DNA of 64,000 nucleotides from Squalus acanthias (GCA_030390025.1 CM059432.1:126978001-127042000); one strand, 5' to 3'. Shown: positions 1 through 11,768, counted from the first letter of the stretch. Translations and numbers: made by a program. The notes: a model not told the origin generated them from the sequence alone.

Positions 1-438
1 GTAACACACTCATGTGCATCCCTTGTGTATCTAGAATTCTTTCATCTTCCTCTTCCTACAACTCCTACGCTGTGCAACCCCTGTGGCTTCAGCAGAGGTA
101 GAGGCAGGCTGCTCACTTGCCTAGTCTGACTGCGGAGATGCTCTTGGCCGACATCCTCTGGATTTTGGAACCCGTGAGGGTCCCGCCAAAGACTGGTCCA
201 CCTGCATCTGTGCAGGAGCAGACTCAGCCATCGGGATATCAGGCAGCATGTGGGGCTCTGACTGAGGGGGGGGGGGCAATGGGGGAGCACTTTGAGCAGA
301 GTCTCCACTTCCATGTCCCCTTTCACGATCATCCCTCTCATGGCCCACCCGCACTTCCCTGCTAGCAAGGAGCTGGAGCGCACTTTGCTGCACATCAGTG
401 GGGCAATGAACAGCCAAGTCTAGGTTTCTATCCATCCT

Positions 439-690
439 GAGAAGTCGCACAACACCAGGTTATAGTCCAACAGATTTATTTAATATTACAAGCTTTCGGA
501 GCTATCGATCGCCCCTTCTTCAGGTAAAGTTACTGTGAGTGAGTAGATTCACTCACAGTAACTTTACCTGAAGAAGGGGCGATCGATAGCTCCGAAAGCT
601 TGTAATTTTAAATAAATCTGTTGGACTATAACCTGGTGTTGTGCGACTTCTCATTTTTGTCCACCCCAGTCCAACGCCGGCATCTCCGCA
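439..690. mobile_element. Penelope-like pseudo-LTR insertion with inverted 5' copy (fold-back), 12-bp TSD
   Basis: 439-542 is the reverse complement of about 549-652. The sequence matches the pLTR at 30975-31100. It is flanked by TCTATCCATCCT at 427-438 and 691-702. Confidence 0.85.
564..605 (+). ncRNA. Minimal hammerhead-ribozyme-like motif in Penelope pLTR
   Basis: TTAC-CTGAAGA-A-GGGGC-gatcgata-GCTCC-GAAA-GCTT-GTAA. It has the CUGANGA and GAAA core boxes, stem II GGGGC/GCTCC, stem I TTAC/GTAA and a palindromic AGCT in the stem III position. Confidence 0.6.
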
Positions 691-3032
691 TCTATCCATC
701 CTAGTTAAGGTGGCATTCAGAGTGTGCAAGCTGTTGCTCAGAGCAAGCACGCACTTGTTTGAATGCCGTGTTTGATGCTCCATGCAGGTGGCCACCCTTT
801 CCAAGGACGAACACATCACAGCCATGGCCTGTGACATCATGCTGGAGATGGACTCCTCCATTCTCCCTGCAAGTGAGCACATCGCGACTGGAAATCCTGC
901 CAGAGCCTCCCGCATTTTCTGTTGCTCCTCCAGAATCATCCGCTTTGTCGACGGCCTCCGAGGTTCAGCATCTGAGTCCAGCTGAGCAGAGCTTGGAGCG
1001 TCCTGCGCCCTCCGACGAGGACTCTCCACTGCTGCCCCTGTCTCCACCATCTGCTCTGCTCACGTGATGTGTGAGACACCAGGTGACAACACTACTTTCT
1101 GACTTAGTGGTCCCACTGACGTGTGTGTATCTATGCTGATGCTCGGTGTACATGGTCCTGTGACGGTGCCCCCACAGAGTTCGCGACCTCCTCTGAGTCG
1201 TCGTCTTCCTCCTCTGGCTGGACTGTATGGGGGACACTTGATGGGCCTGTGGGAGAGTAAAGGCATGAATTAGAACTGTTATGATAAGAATGTTTTATGT
1301 TACCATATGCACATGATCATATTTCACTGGCTGCTGACATCAAGTCAACATGAGTGACTGTTGTATGCCATGTGGCTGTGTGATATTTAATTCTGTCACC
1401 ACTAGCTGGGAGTTCCCCCTCTCTCCATCTCCCACCACCAGCAGCTCCGCAACTCCGCTGATCTCTAGCGCCTCCTCCTCTGCTGCAGTCAGTGGTGTCA
1501 TGACTGGAGGGCCTCTCCTGGGTGTTCTGTGCTCTCTTCTCCTGCAAGGAAGGAAACAAGTGACCTTTGAGTGAGAGTCATGGAATGAGTGGAAGGGATG
1601 GATGGGCAACATCTGCAGAGGGTGACCATGAGGGAGAGACGTGACATTGCATTAAGATGAGGGCGAGTGTCAGTGGTGGATGGTCAGATGGGGATGTGAG
1701 TAAGTGTGTAGACAGAGAGGGATGGTTAGTGTCAGGAGTGATGTGCAGGAGGAGGCTTGGGAAGGCAGAGTGAGGGGGTTGGGGTGACACGCACATCAGG
1801 ATGTAGTTGAATGTAGCATTGTACTCACCTTTCCTGCCCTCATGAGGTCATTAAAGCACTCCCTGCACTGGATCTACAACCTGGCTACCACACTCCTGCA
1901 GAGATCTCCAGCAATGCCTTCTTGGTCCAGGCAGCTGGCCTCTTCCTCCCATCAGCAGGGAAGAGGACCTCCCTGTGGGCCCTGACTCCCTGGAGCAGGA
2001 TTTCCAGGGAGGCATCACTGAATCTCGGGACAGCTTTTTGGCATTGAGCCTGCATTTTTTTATTTTCCAGCAATATAAATTTCTTTACCAATAAGCAATT
2101 CACTATCCACACAATCCACTCTCTTCCCCAACAACCTCTCTTGCACCTCCACCAACCTTCAAGTGCAGTGCTCCTTTAAATATCTGAGCTGAGTTGGAGC
2201 CATGTGTGACGTCATCTCGCCCGCTCCCGTTAATTGGTCGGGAAATCCTAAATATAACTAACCGCTCAGTGAGGATTTGTCCTTCTGTGTCCTAGTGAAT
2301 CTGATCTGCAGTACTCTGGACTACTCAATCATAGTACAGATGGAGGATATTGTAGATTGCTGAGAATTCAAAGCCTGACAGCTCAATTGCATCCACCAAA
2401 TTCCTGATGTTGCTCCCTATATCTAGCATGCGCCAAACTAACATTCTGGCCATGTTCTACATGTCTGCTAATATTCCTCTTCCGTGTGTTACCTCCTCCC
2501 TCAACTCCTGCATGCTCACTCTCTTGACGTCACCAAGTAGCCCATCCTCTTTATTACCTTATTTGTATTTTCCTTTTGGAGATCAGTGGCTATAAATTGG
2601 GCTCCTTCGCACCTCCCGTTAGCGCCTCTGGGGGCGGGGGGGCCATAACGGGGCGCAAATTGGTTTGCGACCGGGCGCGGCGACGATAAGATGTTGCGCC
2701 CCGATCTCCTGCGCCTGGAGATCGTGATGTCATTGCGGTGCGCAGCGCCCCGGATGAAAATTCCCTCTCGCCCCCTGCTTGTGCGCCTGCCATTAACAAC
2801 GACAGGTAGAGGAGGCGGCTTTCAGTTGGATGTCCGCAGGAGGAGCGCTATTTAAAGGCGCCCACATCCGGTTTAGTTTTCGTCGGCCAACAATGCTGCG
2901 TTGTTAGTTTCATATTGGCAAAGAGGCCTTTTGACCGGTTTGAACGTTTTGTATTTTAATGAGGGTTCTGGCACATAAAGATTCTTCAGTTTCATTGAGG
3001 GGAGATTTGGAAGTGCAATATTTGGATCCTTT

Positions 3033-3460
3033 CATGGGGGCTGTACTGGCACTGGATCTCGCCCTCCAGCGTCAACGTCGGAGGCGACTGAGGCACAGAG
3101 AAAGAGTGCAAAATGTGGCCAGAGGTAGGAGGGCCAACAGGGCTCTCAACAGGAGGTCTTACCCACCCAGGGTATTCCGGCAGCAGTTCTCCTACATGAA
3201 TTTCACTGAGGACCAGTGTGTTAGAAGGCTCCACTTCAGCAAGGGCGTGGTCGCAGAGCTCTGCCACCTCCTGCAGCCAGACCTCGAGCCTCAGATCAGG
3301 AGCACCACGGCTCTCTCAGTGGCAGTCAAGGTCACCGTCGCCCTCAATTTCTACGCCAGCGGATCATTCCAGTGTGCAACAGGTGATATCTCCAACATCT
3401 CCCAGTTTGCCGTCCATTGCTCCATCCACCAGGTCACAGATGCTCTGTACAGAAGGAGAA
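3033..3460 (+). pseudogene. Harbinger transposase, N-terminal part (HTH region)
   Basis: YPPRVFRQQFSY...QCVRRLHFSK...LSVAVKVTVALNFYASGSFQ...ISQFAVHCSIHQVTDALY is typical of HARBI1/Harbinger transposases. Confidence 0.85.
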
Positions 3461-3568
3461 GAGACGTGGGTGCAGTCAATGGCGCCCTACACCATGGGGA
3501 AGCCCGCTGTCCTGGCAAAGCCACATGTACACTCGTGCTGCTTCTCTCTGATCATGGGGAAGGAAATA
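3461..3568 (-). pseudogene. Inverted internal segment of the Harbinger transposase containing the first catalytic Asp
   Basis: The minus strand reads ISFPMIREKQHECTCGFARTAGFPMV*GAIDCTHV, containing the GAIDCTH motif of DDE_Tnp_4 transposases. Confidence 0.85.
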
Positions 3569-5690
3569 AGAACATAAATAGGAGCAGGAGTAGGCCTTTT
3601 GGCCCCCTGAGCCTGCTCCGCCAGTCAATAAGATCATGGCTGATTTTCGACCTCAACTCCACTTTCCTGCACTATCCCCATATCCTTTGATTCCTTTAAT
3701 ATCCAAAAATCTATCGATCTCTGTCTTGAATATACTCAACGACTGAGCCTCCACAGCCCTCTGGGGTAGAGAATTCCAAAGATTCACCACCCTCTGAGTG
3801 AAGAAATTTCTCCTCATCGCAGTCCTAAATGGCCGATCCCTTATTCTGTGACTGTGACCCCTGGTTCTAGACTCCCCAGCCAGGGGAAACATCCTCCCTG
3901 CATCTACCCTGTCAAGCCCTGTAAGAATTTTGTATGTTTCAATGAGACCACCTCTCATTCTTCTAAACTCTAGAGAACATAGGCCTAGTCTACTCAATCT
4001 CTCCTTATAGGACAATCCCCCCATCCCAGGAGTCAGTTTGGTGAACATTCGTTGCACTCCCTCTATTGCAAGTATATCCTTCCTTAGGTAAGGAGACCAA
4101 AACTGTATACAATACTACAGGTGTGGTCTCACCAGGGCCCTATATAATTTCAGTAAGACGTCTTTACTCTTATACTCAAATCCTCTTGTAATAAAGGCCA
4201 ACATACCATTTTCTTTCCTAATTGCTTGCTGTACCTGCATGTTAACTTTCAGTGATTCGTGTACAAGGACACCCAGGTCCCTCTGAACACCAACATTTCC
4301 CAATCTCTCACCATTTAAAAAATACTCTGCTTTTCTATTTTTCCTACCAAAGTGTATAACCACATTTCTCCACATTATTTTCCATTTGCCATGTTCTTAC
4401 CCACTCACTTAGCCTGTCTATATCCCCCTGAAGCCTCTTTGCATCCTCCTCACAACTTACATTCCCACCCAGCTTTGTATCATCAGCAAACTTGGATATA
4501 TTACATTTGGTCCCCTCATCCAAATCATTGATATAGATTGTAAATAGCTGAGGCCCAAGCACTGATCCTTGTGGTACCCCACTAGTTATAGCCTGCCAAC
4601 CCGAAAATGACCCGTTCATTCCCACTCTCTGTTTTCTGTCTGTTAATCAAGCCTCAATTCATGCTAGTACATTCGCCCTAATTTTGTTTAATAACTTCTT
4701 GTGTGGCACCTTATCGAATGCCTTCTGAAAATCCAAATACACCACATCCACTGGTTCCCCCTCAACTATTCTGCTAGTTACAACCTCAAAAAACTAACAG
4801 ATTTGTCAAACATGATTTCCCTTTCATAAATCCATGTTGACTCTGCCCAATCCTATTATTATTTTCTAAGTGCCCTGTTACCACGTCCTTAATAATAGAT
4901 TCTAGCATTTTCCCTACTACTGATGTCAGGCTAACTGGTCTATAGTTCCTCGTTTTCTCTCTCCCTCCTTTCTTAAATAGTGGGGTTACATTTGCTACCT
5001 TCCAATCCACAGGAACCGTTCCAGAATCTATGGAATTTTGGAAAATGACAACCAATGCATCCACTATCTCTATAGCCACCTCTTTCAAAACCCAAGGATG
5101 TAGGCTATCAAGTCCAGGGGATTTATTGCCTTTCAGTCCCATTAATTTCTCCAGTACTATTTTTTTACTAATACTAATTTCTTTCAGTTCCTCATTCTCG
5201 CTTGACCCTTGGTTCTCCACTATTTCCGGGAAGTTTTTTGCGTCTTCTTCCATGAAGACAGACAAAGTATTTGTTAATTTCTCTGCCATTTCCTTATTCT
5301 CCATTATAATTTCTCCTGTCTCAGCCTGTAGGGACCCACATTTACTTTCGCTAATCTTTTCCTTTTTACATACCTATAGAAGCTTTTGCAGTCTGTTTTT
5401 ATGTCTCTCGCTAGTTTACTCTCATATTCTATTTTCCTTTTCTTTATCAATTTCTTGGTCCTCCTTTGCTGAATTCTAAAATCCTCCCAATCCTCAGGTT
5501 TACGACTCTTTTTGGCAACATTATAAGCCTCTTCCTTTGATCTAATACTATCTTTAACTTCTTTCGTTAGCCACGGTTGGACCACTTTTCCTGTGGGGTT
5601 TTGTGCCTTAAAGGAATGTATATTTGTTGTAAATTATGTATTAATTCTTTAAATGCTAGCCATTGCTTTTCTACCGTCATACCTTTTAAT

Positions 5691-6138
5691 GTAACATAAG
5701 AACATAAGAAATAGGAGCAGGAGTAGGCCATTCGGCCCTTCGAGCCTGCTCTGCCATTTAATGAGATCATGGCTGATCTTCTGCCTCAACTCCATTCACC
5801 GGCCCTATCGCCATATCCCTTGATGCCCTTACTAGTCAGAAATCTATCGACATCTGTTTTGAATATACCCAATGACTGAGCCTCCACAGCCCTCTGGAGT
5901 AGAGAATTCCAAAGATTCACCACCCTCTGTGTGAAGAAATTTCTTCTCATCTCAGTCCTGAATGGCCTACCCTTTATCCTGAGGCTGTGGCCCCTGGTTC
6001 TAGACTCCCCAGCCAAGGGAAACATTCTCCCAGCTTCCACCCTATCAAGCCCTGTAATAATTTTGTATGCTTCAATGAGATCCCCTCTCATTCTTCTGAA
6101 TTCAAGAGAATACAGGCCTAGTTTACTCAATCTCCCTT
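5691..6138 (-). mobile_element. 5'-truncated CR1 3' end nested in the CR1 above
   Basis: A second copy of the [25 protein letters not shown] terminus plus an AACATAAG tail interrupts ORF2 of the host LINE. Confidence 0.85.
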
Positions 6139-6505
6139 AACTAACTCGCCCCTCATACCTACGTAGTTTGCTTTGTTTAGATTTAAGACCCTAGTTTCGG
6201 ATTTAACTAAATCACTTTCAAACTCAATATAAAATTCTATCATATTATGGTCACTCTTTCCTAAAGGCCCCTTTACTACAAGGTTATTAATTAACCCTTT
6301 CTTGTTGCACAATACTAGATCTAAAATAGTCTGTTCCCTAGTTGGTTCCACAACATACTGATCTAGAAAACTATCTTGCATACATTCCATGAATTCGTCC
6401 TCCACACTTACTGCAAATTTGGTTTGCCCAGGTCTATATGTAGATTAAAGTCCCCCATGATTACTGTATTACATTGTTACATGCGCCTCTAATTTCCTGA
6501 TTTAT

Positions 6506-6911
6506 AGAAAGAAAGACTTGCATTTATATAGTGCCTTTCATGACCACCGGACAGCCAATGAAGTACTACTTGAAGTGGAGTCACTGTTGCAATGTGGGAA
6601 ACGCAGCAGTGAATTTGCGCACAGCAAGGTCCCACAAACAGCAATGTGATAATGACCAGATAATCTGTTTTTGTTGGTTGAGGGACACTCCTGCTCTTCT
6701 TCGAAATAGTGCCATGGGATCTTTTATGTCCACCTGAGAGAGCAGTTTAACATCTGATCTGAAAGACGGCACCTCCGACAGTGCAGCACTCCCTCAGCAC
6801 TGCACTGCAGTGTCAGCCTAGCTTTATGTGCTCAAGTCCCTGGAGTGGGACTTGAACCCACAGCCTTCTGACTCTGAGGTGAGTGTGCTACCCACTGAGC
6901 CACAGCTGACA
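6506..6911 (-). mobile_element. tRNA-derived Deu-domain SINE (SacSINE1/AmnSINE-like)
   Basis: On the minus strand, a tRNA-like head (TGGCTCAGTGG..GGTTCAAGTCCC), the central GTCGGAGGTGCCGTCTTTC core and a GCAAGTCTTTCTTT tail. Confidence 0.8.
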
Positions 6912-8664
6912 ATATACTCTACCCTACATTACAACTACTGTTTGGGGGCCTATAAACAACTCCCACCAGTGTTTTCTGGCCCTTGCTATTTCTTAGCTCC
7001 ACCCAAACTGATTCTACTTCTTAATTTTCAGAGCTAAGATCCTTTCTCTCTACTGTCTTTATCCCATCCTTATTATCAGGGCTACCCCTCCTCCTTTTCC
7101 ATTTTGCCCATCTCTTCTAAAAGTTAAGTATCCTGGAATATTTAGTTCCCATCCTTGGCCACATTGCAACCACATCTCTATAATAGCTTTTAGATCAAAC
7201 CTATTAATTTCTATCTGCACTGTTAATTCATCTATTTTGTTGCGAATGCTTCATGCATTCAGATATAGTGCCTTTAGCTTTGACTTATTTCTATTTTTCC
7301 CTGATGTCACCTTAGTCACTGACGCCTTATTACCTTTGTTACTCTCTCTGTCCCTTCCTGACCCACTCTGCTTATTTTTACCCAAAACTCTACTCTGCTC
7401 TAGAGCCTTGACATTTCTCTCGCTGCTTTTAAATTTACTCTTTCCTGAATCCTTCCACCACCACCCGCCCGCCCCCCCCCCCCACCCCCCTTCAGTAGTT
7501 TAAAGCCCTGTCTACTGCCCTAGTTATTCGGTTCGCCAGGACACTGGTCCCAGCCCGGTTTAAATAGAGCCCGTCCCAACGGAACAGCTCCCTCTTTCCC
7601 CAGGACTGGTGCCAGTGCCCCATGAACTGAAACCCCTTCCTCCCACACCACTCTTTGAGCCATGCATTTAAACCTCTAATCTGCTTGTCCCTATGCCAAT
7701 TTGTGCGTGGCTCAGGTAACAATCGAGAGATTATTACCTTTGAGGTTCTGCTTTTTAATTTGGATCCTAGCTCCTCAAACTTCCTCAGCAGAACCTCATT
7801 CCTAGTTCTACCTATGTCGTTGGATCCTCCCCCTCCCCTCCAAGTTCTTCTCCAGCCGCAAGGAGATGTCTTTAACCCTGGCAGGCAACACAGCCTTCGG
7901 AACTCTCGCTCGCGGCTGCAGAGAACAGTATCTATCCCCCTGACTATACTGTCCCCTACCACAACTACCTTCCCTTTCACTCCCTCGATTTGAATGGCCT
8001 CCTGCACCATGGTGCTATGGCCAGCTTGCTCATCAATCCTGCAGGCTTTTCCCTCATCCACACAGGCAGCAAGAACCTCATACCTGTTAGGACAAGTGCA
8101 AAGGCTGAGGCTCCTCCAGCACTGCACCTGGGGTCCCCTTACCTGCCTGAGTTGCAGTCACACCCTCCTGTCCCTGACCACTAACCAGACCTGTACTACT
8201 ACCTAACCTAAGGGGTGTGACTGCCTCCTGGATCAAAGTGTCCAGGTAACTCTCCCCCTCCCTGATGCCCCGCAATGTCTGCACCTCAGACTCCAGCTCA
8301 AAAACTCTGAGCTGAAGTCCTCAAGATGCAGGCACTTACTGCAAACGTGGTTGTCCGGAATCACAATGCTCTCCACAAACTCCCACATACTGCAGTTGCG
8401 GCACACCACCTGCACTGCCATCCCTATATGACCTTGTTTTATTTAATTAAATTTGTAATTAGGTAACTTAGTTTACAGTGTAGTTTCTTGACTACTTACT
8501 TGATCTAGATTAAGTTATGGGTACTGAAATTAAATATCTACCTGTAACACAAAGCACTACAAGTAGTGTAGGCAAAAAGCAGCAACTCCTTCCCCCTCCG
8601 AATTCCCACTCTTTCCAAATTCCCAAATAAAACACTCTGTTTAAGTACACTCCATTTTAATCCC

Positions 8665-9312
8665 GCTCTGTGCACCCCGGTAATAATCCTGAGGTATTCC
8701 GTAACCGCAAAGGCTACCACTCACTTAATGTGCAGTTGGTGTGCGACCACACACGGCGAATCATAACCGTCAATGCCCGCTATCCTGGCAGCAGCCACGA
8801 TGCCTTCATCCTGCGCCAGACCGGTGTGCCAGTACTCTTCCAGCCACCACATGAAGCTTGCGGTTGGCTGCTGGGAGACAAGGGCTATCCGCTCTCCACC
8901 TGGCTCATGATTCCCCTACACAACCCCAACACTCCTGGCCAGCACTGATATAATGAGAGCCATTCTGCCACCAGGAACATCACTGAGCAGACCATCGGAG
9001 TTCTTAAGCAACGGTTCTGCTGCCTTGACCGCTCGGGAGGAGCCCTCCAGTACTCGGCTGAGCGGGTGTCACTTTTCGTCGTCGTCCTGCTGCATGCTCC
9101 ACAACTTGGCCATCATGAGGGCCCGGCCATTGCCACCAGGGATAACGCCACCACCTCAGGAGGAGGAGGAGGACGAGGACGAGGGCGAGGGTGAGGAGGA
9201 GGAAGAAGAAGAGGAACAGGAGGATGAACAGCTGCGACGGAGGAGGCAGCCACTCAATCGGCGTTCTGCAAGGTTGGTCCATGACCGCCTCATCAGACTT
9301 GGTTTCCAGTGA
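8665..9312 (+). pseudogene. Harbinger transposase, C-terminal DDE catalytic region
   Basis: [70 protein letters not shown], then an acidic tail. It has an in-frame stop at 8946-8948 and frameshifts. Confidence 0.9.
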
Positions 9313-9479
9313 CTTCGAGTCCTCATTCCGGTTGCTGAGCACATAACCATCATTCCATCACTTTGTGATTCCATACCACACCCCAGGACTGAAATGAGAC
9401 ACAGCACCAAATCTGCAACATTCCATTAATAAATTTATCAAAAACCATTAACCACATATATACACAACAACAATATCGA

Positions 9480-11327
9480 CTAATCACCCTTGTGCAAACC
9501 CTTGCCTCCCCTCTTTACAGTCCCCTTTCCGAATCTACTGCTCCTACGTAGTGTCTCCCGAATAGCTGCAGCAGAGCTGGTGGAAGGCTGCTGAGTGTCG
9601 GTGCCAGAGAAAACAGATGGCCTTGCAGGACGCCCTCGACCAGCTCTGGACCTGGAAGGCCCGGCTGTACACTGTACCACCTCAGGCTGGGCGGCAGCAG
9701 TCTGGGCTGGCTGGATGACAGGCAGCGACATGGGCAATGGCGGAGTGGCAATGGTGGGAGCAAGAATGCTGTCATCCTGAGAGAGGACAGCAGGTTCCTG
9801 CTCCATTGACACACTCCATTCCCCCAGGGAAGCACCTCAGCATCCCTACCAATCTGCTGGTGCACAGATTGCTGGCCTGCTGCGACACCGTGAGATCCCC
9901 GGTGGACTGTGGTGGACCCAGCCACAATGGCAGCAGTCAGAGCTTTCGTGGCCTCAAGCTGAAACTGCATGAGACTCGATGGCAGCAACCATTGCCTGTG
10001 CTGCAATGGAAGCTGCCACATCGGCGATGACACACGTCATGAGGTCTGGATCCGCACGGTCTCTCTGGGAGTCCACCATTCTCTGCACAGTGGAAATGAT
10101 GAGCTCCATGGTGTGCGCAGAGCTCTGTGCAATGTTGGAGGTGGACTCCTCGATGCTCCTTACCATTGCCGACAGGCTCTAGAGCACCTTTGCCATTGCA
10201 CCTATCATCTCGGTGTGCATGGTCATCACCCTTCTTGTGAATGCCTCCCCATCGAGGTCCTCACCCGAGTCCTGTGCAGCAGAGCTCACACGCGAACTCG
10301 CCCTCCGGAGAGCTGGCTTCCGAGCTACCTTTTCCCCCTGGCCTTGCTGCAGCCTGCTCGTCCCAGGTGCATCACCCAGTGCAGATCCCTCTACTAAACT
10401 TTCCTCTAAAGATCGCCCAGTGCCAGTATCTGAGGTGGTGCCTGCGGGTGAGAGATGCAGTGATGCGGTGCTTTGCTCCTCCTCCTCTTCTCCTTCCTCT
10501 CTCTCAGTGGGAGGCTCAGGGACAGGCTGCTCATCTGGTTGCTGATTCTCTGAAAGCATAAAGGCACAAGACTCGCGTTAAGGTGAGGGCAGGGGGGGCA
10601 GGAATGGAGCAAGGAATGCAGACAGTATCAGGAGCTGGAAAGTGAGAAAGGTTTGTGGTGTGAGGGGGAAGTGGGATGAGAGAAGGAGAGGGGCTGAACA
10701 TACCGTTGTTTCCCCCAAGGGGGTCGACGTCGCCGACGGCTACGGCACCCACCACCTGCTGACCAATGAGTCGCAGCACTCGCTCCTCCAGGTCTGAGAG
10801 CTGCTGGAGCTGTGCATCACCCCCGCCTGTTCTCTGCTGCTCCCTCCTATTGTGAGCCATCTTGGCCTGCAAGACAAACAGATGTGTGTGAGTCAGAGTC
10901 CAGCTATGTGTTTGGGAGATATGCCTGCCGTAGTTCAATAGCTGTGATTGTAGGCAAGGTGTGAGATGTGGATGTGAGTTTGAGTAGGTGCAGATGCTTG
11001 GTGGGTGAGTGGTGGGGGTGTGGTGGTTTGTGCAGTGTGTACAGACTGAGGGTCAGATGCTGGTATGTAGCACCTGTTGAAGCATGTACTCACCCTGACC
11101 ACCCGAGTGAGGTCGTTGAATTTCTTCCGGCACTGTGTCAGGCTGCGTACAACCACACTACTGGCCGAGACCTCCTGGCCCACTTCCCTCCACATTGCCC
11201 TGAAGACCTGGGGCAATGGCCTCCTTCCAGTGTCCGGGAACAGCACTGCCCTCCTTCGCTCCACTCCAGCCACCAATGCCTCGTCTGTGAACCGACGAGC
11301 TCTCTCCCTGGGAGTGGGAACAGCCAT
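9480..11327 (-). pseudogene. Three-exon Myb/SANT-like DNA-binding gene of the Harbinger element (exons 11327-11094, 10866-10704, 10549-9480)
   Basis: MAVPTPRERARRFTDEAL..WREVGQEVSASSVVVRSLTQCRKKFNDL is a trihelix/Myb motif. GT-AG introns join the exons in frame (donors GTGAGT and GTATGT; acceptors TTGCAG and TTTCAG). Exon 3 has a stop at 10179 and frameshifts. Confidence 0.8.
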
Positions 11328-11768
11328 CACGATCAGGGGATTGAGTTGCTCGCAGGCCACCTCGAAGCCAGCAATGCTGATAATGAGCAGCTGCACAATG
11401 ATGCAATCTTCCCTTTAAGAGCTGGAAGGAGCCAGTGTGAAGGATCATTGCTGAATGCATTGCACATGAAATTCATTAGCGCTCTGCTGGTAGTGCCCCT
11501 GTAGCACCCCACTGAGGTCATTAGTGCTTGATTTAGCACCCCACTTCCTTCCTGGGGCGCTAACACCCAATTTAGTAGAAGTTCAGAATCCTTAGCGCCT
11601 GGCGCTAAATTTTCAAAATTTCCAAAGTTAGTGCCCCAAACGGGACGATACCCAATTTCACCCCCCAGGTTACAGAGATTGATCCTGCTGCATAGATAGG
11701 GAGGAAGCATCCTTCCAGGAGTCAACTGGCTGATGTCACCCACTGGTATCAGCAGTATTGTGGCAGTT

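Larger units (their letters stand above)
42..2055 (-). pseudogene. Decayed Myb/SANT-like (MADF/Myb_DNA-bind) accessory gene of a PIF/Harbinger transposon that extends left of the window
   Basis: ORF 1885-2112 (AVPRFSDASLEILLQGVRAHREVLFPADGRKRP) resembles the N-terminal trihelix domain of Harbinger ORF2. It is followed on the minus strand by FNDL-type codons and a GTGAGT donor near 1829, further exon-like pieces (PLTAAEEEALEI at 1340-1547; coiled-coil-like 553-1050) and a basic tail (GRGR*) at 42. The layout matches the gene at 9480-11327; frameshifts and stops are present. Confidence 0.65.
3569..8657 (-). mobile_element. Near full-length CR1-type LINE (ORF1 Zn-finger + SGNH esterase, ORF2 APE endonuclease + RT), degraded, with nested elements
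   Basis: ORF1 pieces VVCRNCSMWEF..VCSKC (8233-8421) and VVVGDSIVRG..WDGLYLNRAG (7492-8127). APE pieces at 6127-7260. RT pieces [19 protein letters not shown] and KFADDTK (3653-5585). A microsatellite-like 3' tail lies at about 3569. Confidence 0.9.
2587..11665 (+). mobile_element. PIF/Harbinger DNA transposon (transposase + Myb/SANT gene, convergent), inactivated and carrying nested insertions
   Basis: Imperfect TIRs TGGCTATAAATTGGG (2587) and CCCAATTTCACCCCC (11651-11665), with a 3-bp TSD CAG at 2584-2586 and 11666-11668. It contains a HARBI1-like transposase on + and a spliced Myb-like gene on -. Subterminal sequence is shared with the MITEs at 19615 and 50752. Confidence 0.85.

Noticed and set aside
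2959..3690. 243-aa ORF as a domesticated HARBI1 host gene
   Set aside because: It lies within TIRs/TSD next to a Myb partner. Its C-terminal third is read-through into the inverted segment and a CR1 tail, and the catalytic region has stops.
9156..9235. (GAG/GAA)n acidic tract as an independent repeat
   Set aside because: It is the acidic C-terminal tail of the Harbinger transposase.
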